Origin: Candidatus Aenigmatarchaeota archaeon
GTDB lineage: Archaea > Aenigmatarchaeota > Aenigmatarchaeia > CG10238-14
Direction of reading: 5' to 3'
Assembly: GCA_044343545.1 (NCBI GenBank)
Contig: JAWBZR010000010.1
Location: 1 to 24,863, forward strand
Length of the DNA: 24,863 bases
Position 1 is the first letter of the stretch, and the number at the start of each line of letters is the position of its first letter. The notes below the pieces were generated by a model. The model saw only the letters and a list, made by a program, of their open reading frames with translations. It ran no database searches and had not been told where the DNA came from. The translations under genes were made by a program, and so were the position numbers. Of the stretch, positions 17,182 to 24,863 are shown piece by piece.

Positions 17182-17671
17182 TTAAGACCACCATCAAACT
17201 TTCCCTTATTTCATTTATACTCTTTCCAAAATACCTTTCAAATTCTTTTGTCGTTACGAGCTTTCGAGTCCTGCCAAACTTTTCAGTTTTTATCAAACCT
17301 CTATTTTCAAGTTCTTTTATGTAGCCATAAGCTTTGTTACCTTGTATCTTTACTACATCAGATTGAGTTATTGGCTGTTTTAAAGCGACTATACCTAAAG
17401 TTCTAAGCATTCCCTCAGTTAGATCAGAATGAGGAGCTAATGATGCAACTTTATCTAAAAACTCTTGCCTCACTCTCAATTGATAGCCATACGACGTGCT
17501 AACTAATTCGAAACCTCTTTTCTGCTCGTCAAGTTCCTTTTTAATTTCTTCAATTATTTGTCTCACTTTTTCCTCTGAAGATATCCCGGAGATTTTTGAC
17601 AATTCTCTCAATGTCAAGGGGTGAGTAGACATGAATAGAGCTGCTTCTATTAATGCCTTTTTATCAGACAT
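17102..17671 (-). CDS. scpB: SMC-Scp complex subunit ScpB
   Basis: ALIEAALF, TLGIVALKQPITQSDVVKIQG, GRTRKLVTTKEFERYFG. Confidence 0.92.
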   Translation of the reverse strand: MSDKKALIEAALFMSTHPLTLRELSKISGISSEEKVRQIIEEIKKELDEQKRGFELVSTSYGYQLRVRQEFLDKVASLAPHSDLTEGMLRTLGIVALKQPITQSDVVKIQGNKAYGYIKELENRGLIKTEKFGRTRKLVTTKEFERYFGKSINEIRESLMVVLNERDKQLGIDVSSKKNELEELEDIED

Positions 17672-17728
17672 GAAAATATTATTCTTTCTTTATAATTAAG
17701 AAAATTTTCTATAATTTCTTGAAACACT

Positions 17729-18661
17729 TTATTTCTTGCTTTCTTGCTTTTCTATTTCTTCCTCCAAACCTAACTTTTCAACCAACTCTTTGTAACGATT
17801 CCTGATAGTAACTTCAGTAACATTAATTATGCTAGCCACCTCTCTCTGAGTTCTTTTCTCGCCAGTTAAAACGCAAGCTATGTAAATTGCTGCGGCTGCA
17901 ACTCCGGTAGGTCCTTTACCACTTGTAATATCCATCTTCTTTGCCTTGTCCAATATCTTTATCGCCATCGCTTGAACTTTATCGCTCAAATTAAGCATAG
18001 AGCAGAATCTTGGAACAAAATCCTTTGGGTCAGAAGGCAATATCCTTATTTTGAGCTCTCTCGAAATATATCTGTATGTCCTTCCTATTTCTCTCTTTTC
18101 TAAGCCGGAAGCTTCTGCTACTTCATCCAAAGTTCTTGGACTTCCAAATTGTCTTGACACACCATAAACCAAAGCAGCTATCACACTTTCTATGGATCTT
18201 CCCCTTACAAGACCTTTGTCAACTGCCTCCTCATAATACCTTGCTATCCTTTCATGTATAGGTTTTGGTATGTTGAGAAATGAGACCATTCTTTGTAGCT
18301 CCGACAAGGCAAAGGACAAGTTTCTATCCTTACTTTCTATAAGCCTCTTATGCCACTTTTTGAGTCTATAATATTGAGCCCTTTTCTTTCCATGAACCTT
18401 GTAAAGTTCTCCTAAACCCTTGCCGATTTCCGTTGTTAAACCTTTATCATGCTTTGTAAATGTTAAAGGTGCTCCTGTTCTTGCTCTCTCTGTCATCTGC
18501 TCAGAATCAAAAGCTCTCCATTCTTGATTTCTGTCTATCATATCTTCCTTAAGCACTAACCCACAACTTGCGCAAATAAGCTCTCCTTTTGCCTCATCCT
18601 CTATAAACTGAGTGCTTCCGCAATCGGGACATTGATTATTTTTAAATGATTTAAACTTCAT
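17729..18661 (-). CDS. tfb: Transcription initiation factor IIB
   Basis: Zn ribbon CPDCG...CASCG, EWRAF, GLVRGRS, PRTLDEV, GKGPTGVAAA, TEVTIRNRYKEL; SD-like AGGTGA upstream. Confidence 0.97.
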   Translation of the reverse strand: MKFKSFKNNQCPDCGSTQFIEDEAKGELICASCGLVLKEDMIDRNQEWRAFDSEQMTERARTGAPLTFTKHDKGLTTEIGKGLGELYKVHGKKRAQYYRLKKWHKRLIESKDRNLSFALSELQRMVSFLNIPKPIHERIARYYEEAVDKGLVRGRSIESVIAALVYGVSRQFGSPRTLDEVAEASGLEKREIGRTYRYISRELKIRILPSDPKDFVPRFCSMLNLSDKVQAMAIKILDKAKKMDITSGKGPTGVAAAAIYIACVLTGEKRTQREVASIINVTEVTIRNRYKELVEKLGLEEEIEKQESKK

Positions 18662-18814
18662 ACACCATCACCTATAAGTAATATAGAAAAGCTTTTAAGC
18701 TTTTCGTTTTTATTTATTGGAGGTATTTATTTATAAAGTTAACTATGCTTGAAATAAAGCTCTCAGCCCCATTTTTATTAGAAAAATAAAAAGAAAAAAT
18801 CCAAAACGGCCTTT

Positions 18815-19120
18815 TTAGGCCTTAGATAACAAAATACTCAAAGTGGAAACATTTACCTTTCCACTATTTACAGTCCTTTCCTCAGTTCCTATCTCGATGT
18901 TTTTCACCTTAACATCGGGTAGGAACTTGTTTCTCACAATCTCGGCAACGTCCACAGCTCTTGAAATGGACTTGCCTCTAGCTTTTATCTGCACTTCTTT
19001 TGCACCCGCTGTAAATTGTGTCATCACAGCCAAAACATATGACATAGCGGGTTTTTTGCCTATATACACGACATTTTCTTCAGATTTTGATGCATTTTCT
19101 GTTTTTTTCTTCTCAGCCAC
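18815..19120 (-). CDS. albA: DNA/RNA-binding protein Alba
   Basis: [40 protein letters not shown] start with GAGGTGA Shine-Dalgarno. Confidence 0.97.
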   Translation of the reverse strand: MAEKKKTENASKSEENVVYIGKKPAMSYVLAVMTQFTAGAKEVQIKARGKSISRAVDVAEIVRNKFLPDVKVKNIEIGTEERTVNSGKVNVSTLSILLSKA

Positions 19121-19211
19121 TTTAACTTCACCTCGCTTGTCTTTTTATTTTTTTTAACAATGTTGGGATTTCAACTAATAATTGATAAAAACAAATTTAA
19201 AAATTGATGTT

Positions 19212-19331
19212 TGGGGCTGCAGGGATTTGAACCCCGATGACCAGGTTTCTTCTCATCATCTGGAAATCAACGCTCCATCTACAAACCTTGATCTGGAGCC
19301 TGGCATAATAGCCTGGTTATATGACAGCCCC
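19212..19331 (-). tRNA. tRNA-Trp(CCA) with a 46-nt intron at 37/38 (19247-19292)
   Basis: Acceptor GGGGCTG/CAGCCCC-A, anticodon arm CCAGG-CTCCAG^A-CCTGG, T-arm CGGGG-TTCAAAT-CCCTG; relaxed bulge-helix-bulge; CCA end not encoded. Confidence 0.93.
19247..19292 (-). ncRNA. Putative intron-encoded C/D-box guide RNA for tRNA-Trp Cm34 (possibly also position 39)
   Basis: TGGAGC-G-TTGA: guide plus D-like box, with the +5 nt pairing to C34; perfect C box ATGATGA; AGGTTT-G-TAGA with the +5 nt pairing to C39. Confidence 0.6.
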
Positions 19332-19374
19332 TCAAAATATTTTTTTCTATTTACTCTTTAAAAAATAATTACAA

Positions 19375-20457
19375 ATGTTAAAAAATGTTTATGATGTCAT
19401 TGTAGTAGGTGCTGGCCCGGCAGGATGTAAAACGGCAGAAATAGCTTCAGCAAAAGGATTAAGGGTTTTGATATTAGAAGAGCACGAAAAAGTTGGCCGC
19501 CCAATTAAGTGCACAGGTCTCGTGAGCAATAGAATAATCGAATTGAGCGGAATAAGGGCGAAAAAAATTATTTTGAACACGATAAAAAAGGCCAGAATTT
19601 ATAATCAAAATAAAAAGTTTTTGGAATTAGAATCTAAAAAACCCGCTTATGTGATAGCAAGAGATAGATTTGATAAACAACTATTTAAACTTGCAATAAA
19701 AAATGGTGCTGAATTTTCTCTAGGTTGCAAATTCAAAAAATACACGAAAGAAGGAAAATATCTTTCGGTAGAAACAAGTGACGGTTATTATAAGTGTAAA
19801 TTGCTTGTAGGTGCGGATGGACCTACATCTTCTGTTGCAAAAAATGCTGGAATATATGAGCAAGGATTTTTTTTAATCGCTTACCAAGAAACTATTAAAG
19901 GAGAATATGAAGATTTTGTTGAATTGTGGTTTGGAAAAAACATTTCTCCAGATTTTTTTGCGTGGGTTGTTCCGGAAAATAAAAAATGGGCAAGAGTCGG
20001 TTTAGCCGCGAAAAGTGACGTGCAGCAATACTTTAGAAATTTCTTAAACATTAGATTTCAGCATATAGAGGAAAAAAAAGATATATTGGGTGGGATTATA
20101 AAATTTGGACTCATAAAAACTTCTGTTTCAAGCAATGTTCTGCTAGTAGGAGATGCTGCTATGCAAGTAAAACCCTTTTCTGGTGGGGGAATTATTTATG
20201 GGTTAATAGCTGCGAGATTCGCCGCAAGTGCATGTGTAAAGGCGATAAAAGAAAATAGATTTGACGAAAATTTTCTAAAAAAAGAATATGATGAAAAGTG
20301 GAAGGGTGCTTTATTTCCTGCAATAAAGAGAGGCATGTTTTTGCATTGTCTTACTCATAATGTTCCTGAAAAATTGTTTCCGTTATTTTTAAAATCTACC
20401 GAACCTTTCAAATGGCTTTTAAACAAAATTGATATGGACTTGCTGTTTACTCTATAG
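19375..20457 (+). CDS. Geranylgeranyl reductase family FAD-dependent oxidoreductase
   Basis: YDVIVVGAGPAG, PIKCTG, RDRFD, VGADG, FAWVVP, LVGDAA.QVKPFSGGGI. Confidence 0.9.
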   Translation: MLKNVYDVIVVGAGPAGCKTAEIASAKGLRVLILEEHEKVGRPIKCTGLVSNRIIELSGIRAKKIILNTIKKARIYNQNKKFLELESKKPAYVIARDRFDKQLFKLAIKNGAEFSLGCKFKKYTKEGKYLSVETSDGYYKCKLLVGADGPTSSVAKNAGIYEQGFFLIAYQETIKGEYEDFVELWFGKNISPDFFAWVVPENKKWARVGLAAKSDVQQYFRNFLNIRFQHIEEKKDILGGIIKFGLIKTSVSSNVLLVGDAAMQVKPFSGGGIIYGLIAARFAASACVKAIKENRFDENFLKKEYDEKWKGALFPAIKRGMFLHCLTHNVPEKLFPLFLKSTEPFKWLLNKIDMDLLFTL

Positions 20458-21058
20458 TCGGAAACATGTCTCTCTTCTTTTCTCTTTTTATCATAAGAGA
20501 TACTATGACGACTGTTATGAAAAACATAAAAAAGAAAATAAAGGAAAAAACTTCTGTTCCGACAGGATCAAGTTTTTCTATCAAGCAATTGAATAAAAAC
20601 ATGTTACAAACTAACTCGGGCATATTATAATTAATGAATAGGCGCAAAAGTGTAGGGAATAAAGCAACAAACATTCCAAGTAATGAGGAAACGTAGAAAT
20701 ATCTTAGATTTGGCGTTTCTCTAAGTTTCTTGTTATAAAAATAAGCTAATTCGAAAAACATCAAACCTATGCACATGCCGGCTATGGTATTGTTCAACAT
20801 CTTAGAAATTATGGATAAAGTTGACATGTCAATTTCTCTCAAATAACAGTTAAAAAAGAAAATGTTACAAGCATAGCCTGATAGATGTATGCCCATTAAT
20901 GAAAGTATATGGGGAATGATAGATAAAAATCCTCCCAAGGCAGCTATTATGTAGATATATATGAATTGTATGGTTTTTCTTCGAGAAAACGTGTAAAATA
21001 GGTTGAAAATTATTATGCTAAGAGCCATTCCGAGGAAGATGTTGGTAAATATTGGCAT
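20447..21058 (-). CDS. Hypothetical integral membrane protein with an internal duplication
   Basis: Several hydrophobic helices and two copies of C-N-x-F-x-F-N-C. Confidence 0.75.
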   Translation of the reverse strand: MPIFTNIFLGMALSIIIFNLFYTFSRRKTIQFIYIYIIAALGGFLSIIPHILSLMGIHLSGYACNIFFFNCYLREIDMSTLSIISKMLNNTIAGMCIGLMFFELAYFYNKKLRETPNLRYFYVSSLLGMFVALFPTLLRLFINYNMPELVCNMFLFNCLIEKLDPVGTEVFSFIFFFMFFITVVIVSLMIKREKKRDMFPTIE

Positions 21059-21231
21059 AAATTATTCAATATAATTTTTTAGTTAAATAGATGCTTCATA
21101 AGAATACCGATAGTAGTAGCATTACATCTGGCCACGATAAATTTGATTTGAAATATTTCAATCAAAATTCATAATTCTTGCTAAGATCGTTTCAAATACA
21201 AAATCGAAAAAGAGATGGAATGTAAGAGGCT

Positions 21232-21337
21232 AGCCTCGGATGGGACTTGAACCCATAACCCGCTGATCTCTCACAATCATCTTTTAATCTTAAGATCAGC
21301 TACAAGTCAGCTGCTCTACCAGTTGAGCTACCGAGGC
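21232..21337 (-). tRNA. tRNA-Thr(TGT) with a 33-nt intron at 37/38 (21268-21300)
   Basis: Acceptor GCCTCGG/CCGAGGC-T, D stem GCTC/GAGC, anticodon arm GCTGA-CTTGTA^A-TCAGC, T-arm ATGGG-TTCAAGT-CCCAT; central BHB helix CUUG/UGAG. Confidence 0.92.
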
Positions 21338-21426
21338 TTATATTTCTATTTTCTATTAATAAAGATTATTAAATTTTTCCTTGTAAAGGTTAAATCTTTT
21401 ATCTCTATGTTAATTTTCAGATAGCG

Positions 21427-22884
21427 ATGAGAATAGCAGTATTGGCATTAATCTTGATGTTATTTTTTAGCACGTGTTCTGCCAAAGATTATGATTCTAT
21501 TGTAGAGATTGCAACTAAGGAAGTAACTGTCAAGCAGTGTGGCATAGCCACATTTGATCTAAAAATTAAAAACACTGGAGAAAAGGAAGATACGTTCTAC
21601 GTTGTTGTAGAAGGTTTACCTGAAGGAACTTATGCTACCAGTCACGAAACCATTAACTTAAAGCCGAATGAAAGTAGGAATATTTATTTATTTGTCACAG
21701 CTAGTTGTCTTGAACCCAAAAATCATACAGGAAAAATTTCTTTCTTGGGAAACTCTAAATCAGAAGTAGATTTTAAGATGAACACGATTGTCGAGCATGG
21801 AATAGACATTTTATTACCAAAAAATGTAACTATATGCATTTGCGAAGAAAAAAACATTACAATCCTAATAAAAAACACTGGGTTATATGATGAAGATGTA
21901 AAATTAATTGCCGTAGGCGGAAAATTAAAGAATGAAAGAGTTAAGCTCGAACCTGGCGAAACAAAAGAAATTGAAGTTTTATTGGAAAAATCCTGTAATA
22001 TTTCGCCAGAAAAATATAATCTGGAAATTATAGGAGAATCTTTGTCAAGCTATGCGAAAGTAAGAAAGGTTTTTGTCATAGGAAGAGAAAACTGTTATGA
22101 TTTTCAAATTTCATATCCTAAAGAAGTTAGAACGTGCGTGAATGAAGAAACAAAATTTAATATATCTGTCAGTAACGTTGGAAGTATGGATGATGAATAT
22201 GAGTTAAGAATAGATGCTTTGAATGTATTTCAAACTATGAAAGTTAAAAGGGGTGAAACGAAGTTTTACATCATAAATTTTACATCATTTGACGCTGGAA
22301 TAATGGATGTTTCATTCTCAATAAAAGGCATGGCTGAAACAGAGAAAGGAAATATTAGATTCTTGATTGATAGATGTTATGGTGTCGACCTTCAACTGGA
22401 AGTTAATAGAGCTGACATCGAATTGGGAAGTGGAAAAATGATAAAGGGAAAAATCATTAATACGGGTAGTAGGGATGATAGATACGATATATCTTCCGAT
22501 GTTGAGTGGGTTTCCATAAAACCTAGTAATGTTTCCTTGAAAAGTTTAGAAAGTGAAGATGTATTCATCTATTATAGCCCAATTTATGGAATGAAAGGAA
22601 CTTTCCAAACGCAGATTAAAGCACAATCGTTGAAAGCCGTAGATGTCGAAAATGTGACAATAAATGTTTATGAATTTCTACCACCAATCATGCCAGAAGA
22701 AAATGAAAGTATAGAGATAATTCAAGAAAACGTCAGTGAAACACCAAAAGAAATTAGTGGACAAACAACAAAAACGACTATAGAAAATATATTGAAAAAC
22801 AAGAGTTTGGTTGCTATAATCATAGGTATAATATTAACACTCGTCGTTTTCGGGCTCGTTTATCTTTTCGTTATGAGGGAATAA
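21427..22884 (+). CDS. Secreted, C-terminally anchored surface protein with about four Ig-like (NEW3/CARDB-like) repeats
   Basis: Signal peptide, repeated I-x-N-(T/V)-G-x3-D motifs, low-complexity linker and C-terminal TM helix. Confidence 0.8.
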   Translation: MRIAVLALILMLFFSTCSAKDYDSIVEIATKEVTVKQCGIATFDLKIKNTGEKEDTFYVVVEGLPEGTYATSHETINLKPNESRNIYLFVTASCLEPKNHTGKISFLGNSKSEVDFKMNTIVEHGIDILLPKNVTICICEEKNITILIKNTGLYDEDVKLIAVGGKLKNERVKLEPGETKEIEVLLEKSCNISPEKYNLEIIGESLSSYAKVRKVFVIGRENCYDFQISYPKEVRTCVNEETKFNISVSNVGSMDDEYELRIDALNVFQTMKVKRGETKFYIINFTSFDAGIMDVSFSIKGMAETEKGNIRFLIDRCYGVDLQLEVNRADIELGSGKMIKGKIINTGSRDDRYDISSDVEWVSIKPSNVSLKSLESEDVFIYYSPIYGMKGTFQTQIKAQSLKAVDVENVTINVYEFLPPIMPEENESIEIIQENVSETPKEISGQTTKTTIENILKNKSLVAIIIGIILTLVVFGLVYLFVMRE

Positions 22885-22886
22885 AA

Positions 22887-23051
22887 ATGATGATAGAATT
22901 ATTACTTTTGGCAAACGCATTAATTTTTTTCGTATTGGCATTAGAAGCCAAAGTTAGATCTAAAATTGGATTTGCCATAGTAGTTTCAGGTTTGTTACTT
23001 GCTATAATAGATATTATCTACGTAATCTTGTATATTCTCAAAGTGATATAA
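22887..23051 (+). CDS. Small two-TM membrane protein (54 aa, absent from the ORF track)
   Basis: MMIELLLLANALIFFVLALEAKVRSKIGFAIVVSGLLLAIIDIIYVILYILKVI; fills the gap with 2-nt and 1-nt spacers. Confidence 0.75.
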   Translation: MMIELLLLANALIFFVLALEAKVRSKIGFAIVVSGLLLAIIDIIYVILYILKVI

Positions 23052-23052
23052 A

Positions 23053-23442
23053 ATGTCAAAAACCATCTCATGGCTAATGGTAGGATTGGCTTTATTTTTA
23101 GCACTAATTTCTCTTGTGAACCTGATAGAAAAGATTATTTTTAGAAACTGCAACGGTTTTTCTGAAATAATTCTTGAAAGCAAAGAAATTGATGTTAAGC
23201 TAGGGGAAGGAAAATTAGTGAAGGGTTTTTTAACAAACAAAGGTGTAGAAGATGAATTTAAAATCCAATCAGATTTTGAATGGATAGTCACAAAACCTGA
23301 GAAACTGAGATTAAAAGAAAATGAAACTGGAGAAATTTTCGTATATGTCAGCCCTATCAAAAAAGGGGAATTTTTGACGAATATAAAAGCAAGTTCGTAC
23401 TGCAAAACAGCAAATGAAAATTTGTTAATTCGTGTATCATAG
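23053..23442 (+). CDS. N-terminally anchored single Ig-like domain protein
   Basis: N-terminal TM helix; domain aligns by eye with the last repeat of 21427-22884. Confidence 0.8.
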   Translation: MSKTISWLMVGLALFLALISLVNLIEKIIFRNCNGFSEIILESKEIDVKLGEGKLVKGFLTNKGVEDEFKIQSDFEWIVTKPEKLRLKENETGEIFVYVSPIKKGEFLTNIKASSYCKTANENLLIRVS

Positions 23443-23459
23443 TTCGGTTTTTACCGAAC
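23442..23459. promoter_or_regulatory. Inverted repeat GTTCGGT-TTTT-ACCGAAC, candidate operator upstream of the HTH regulator
   Basis: Perfect 7-4-7 repeat 12 nt upstream of TATA-like TTTTTAAAA (23472-23480). Confidence 0.6.
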
Positions 23460-23503
23460 AAAAACAAAACATTTTTAAAATCTTTTTCCATAGTTTTATT
23501 TGA

Positions 23504-23734
23504 ATGGTAAAAAAGGATATACTGAAGGTTTTGAGTTGTGAAACAAAAATGAATATATTGAAGGAATTAAGCAACGGTCAAAAAACGCCGACAGATCTAA
23601 GCAAAAAATTGGGTAAAAGTAAATCGACTATAGCAGATCATCTAGATGAATTGACAAAACTTGGTCTGGTAGGTAAATATGAAGAAAAGGGAAAGAAATG
23701 GGTGTTTTATTTTTTGACAAAAGATGGAGAGTGA
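23504..23734 (+). CDS. ArsR-type winged helix-turn-helix transcriptional regulator
   Basis: LKVLSCETKMNILKEL...KTPTDLSKKLGKSKSTIADHLDELTKLGLV...KWVFYFLT. Confidence 0.88.
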   Translation: MVKKDILKVLSCETKMNILKELSNGQKTPTDLSKKLGKSKSTIADHLDELTKLGLVGKYEEKGKKWVFYFLTKDGE

Positions 23735-23741
23735 AAGAAAA

Positions 23742-24863
23742 ATGAACAAGAAATTCATCTTCGCATTTATTTTCTTGACTTCAATAATATTGGTTTTAAC
23801 TTTGCTATCTTTTTCAAAAATGGAAAAAAATGAAATCAAAAGATTTCGAAACTATGAGGAAATAGAAAATTTCTTGTATATGAGTAGCATTCGAAGCTCA
23901 GGAGGATTTTACGGGATTCGTGAAGAATTAATATTAATAAAAAGTCCTATTGTAGCGCAAGAAATTGGAGATTATTCATATTCAAAAACTAATATACAAG
24001 TTGAAGGTGTAGATGAGGCTGACATAGTAAAAACTGACGGAAAATATATATACACGATAAGCGGGAATCAAATAGTCATAGTAGACGCTTACCCAGCTGA
24101 AGAAATGAATGTTGTTTCAAGAATAGAAGAGATTTATTATCCATCTCAAATCTTTGTGAAAGATGAGTATCTCATAGTTTTTGGCAGTAAAAGTGATTAT
24201 TATTATGATTATTATTATGAGGGAAATAAAGTTGCTAGAATTCTAACCATACCTAGCGAAAACTCATTCATAAAAATTTATGATTTATCTGATAAACAAA
24301 ATCCAAAATTAGTCAAAGAAATTGAATTAAGTGGAATATATTTTCAATCAAGAATGATAGATGACTATGTATATGCGGTATTTATCCAAAATATATATAA
24401 TTATAGACCCATACCTTTACCAAAAATAAGTGTTGATGGAAAAGCAAGAGTTGTTGAGCCGCAAGATATTTATTACTTTGATAATTATGACTACTCTTAT
24501 TCTTTCACGACAATTTTATCTATTGATTTAAAAAATATGAACTATAAAACAAAAACTTTTCTGTTAGGAAATAGTCAAATAATTTACGCATCCAAAGAAA
24601 ACATGTATTTAACTTTTACATGGCAACCAGATATTTACGATATGTATGATGAATTTTTGGAAAACGTGATAATTCCTTCTTCACCTGATGAATTGAAAGA
24701 AAAAATAGTGGAAATAAAAAACTCTCACAAAAATAAAAATGAAAAAATAGTTATGATAAAACATGCTATTTACGAATATTTCAACGAAAAGCAAGAAGAG
24801 ATGAAAGATTTTTACAAACACGTTGAAAAAAGATTTGAAAATTTTGAAAAAAATTACTTGAAA
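23742..24863 (+). CDS. Secreted beta-propeller domain protein (partial; runs off the window)
   Basis: Signal/TM MNKKFIFAFIFLTSIILVLTLLSF, then YSKTNIQVEGVDEADIVKTDGKYIY, IYDLSDKQNP, SRMIDDYVY. In-frame alternative ATG at 23724. Confidence 0.9.
   Translation, partial: MNKKFIFAFIFLTSIILVLTLLSFSKMEKNEIKRFRNYEEIENFLYMSSIRSSGGFYGIREELILIKSPIVAQEIGDYSYSKTNIQVEGVDEADIVKTDGKYIYTISGNQIVIVDAYPAEEMNVVSRIEEIYYPSQIFVKDEYLIVFGSKSDYYYDYYYEGNKVARILTIPSENSFIKIYDLSDKQNPKLVKEIELSGIYFQSRMIDDYVYAVFIQNIYNYRPIPLPKISVDGKARVVEPQDIYYFDNYDYSYSFTTILSIDLKNMNYKTKTFLLGNSQIIYASKENMYLTFTWQPDIYDMYDEFLENVIIPSSPDELKEKIVEIKNSHKNKNEKIVMIKHAIYEYFNEKQEEMKDFYKHVEKRFENFEKNYLK

Noticed and set aside
21091..21174. 27-codon ORF MLHKNTDSSSITSGHDKFDLKYFNQNS on the + strand
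   Set aside because: Very short, with no SD or motif support
21226..21237. Palindrome GAGGCTAGCCTC at the tRNA-Thr 3' end
   Set aside because: Half of it is the acceptor strand, and the remaining 5-6 nt match is too short to interpret
21262..21300. Alternative splicing of the tRNA-Thr gene to give a TAA (Leu) anticodon
   Set aside because: There is no long variable arm, the acceptor stem and U73 are Thr-like, and no BHB supports it
23732..23734. TGA readthrough or an alternative genetic code at the end of the HTH gene
   Set aside because: The in-frame continuation is short and featureless, and TAA, TAG and TGA all end other genes at expected positions
249..23839. Many short ORF-track entries antisense to, or nested in, long genes (e.g. 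8462-8833, 18843-19157, 22995-23405)
   Set aside because: They are shadow ORFs of well-supported genes and have no recognisable motifs
1..24863. CRISPR array, transposase, integrase or att-site duplication near the tRNAs
   Set aside because: No regularly spaced repeats, mobile-element genes or duplicated tRNA ends were seen

Overview
AT-rich archaeal chromosomal segment, probably DPANN (Aenigmarchaeota-like by inference from gene content and compactness). Archaeal markers: TFB, Alba, Rqc2/NEMF, Lhr helicase, a geranylgeranyl reductase and two intron-containing tRNAs. The left half (about 1.3-12.2 kb) is an alpha-glucan/glycogen cluster: GH57 hydrolase, D-Ala-D-Ala-ligase-like ATP-grasp enzyme, amylo-alpha-1,6-glucosidase, GalT-family nucleotidyltransferase, phosphohexomutase, GT3 (animal/fungal-type) glycogen synthase, PfkB kinase, small Zn-finger protein and GT4 glycosyltransferase. 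No GlgC or phosphorylase lies in the window. The right half holds information-processing genes, tRNA-Trp(CCA) and tRNA-Thr(TGT), surface Ig-like proteins, an ArsR-type regulator and a truncated beta-propeller gene. Main observations: (1) an ATP-grasp ligase embedded in the glucan cluster; (2) a GT4 gene whose conserved N-terminus has no canonical start codon; (3) a 46-nt tRNA-Trp intron carrying a minimal, rearranged C/D guide; (4) a 12-nt element at identical spacing in three glucan-gene promoters; (5) A15:U48 in both tRNAs. All family calls come from motif recognition by eye, with no database searches.
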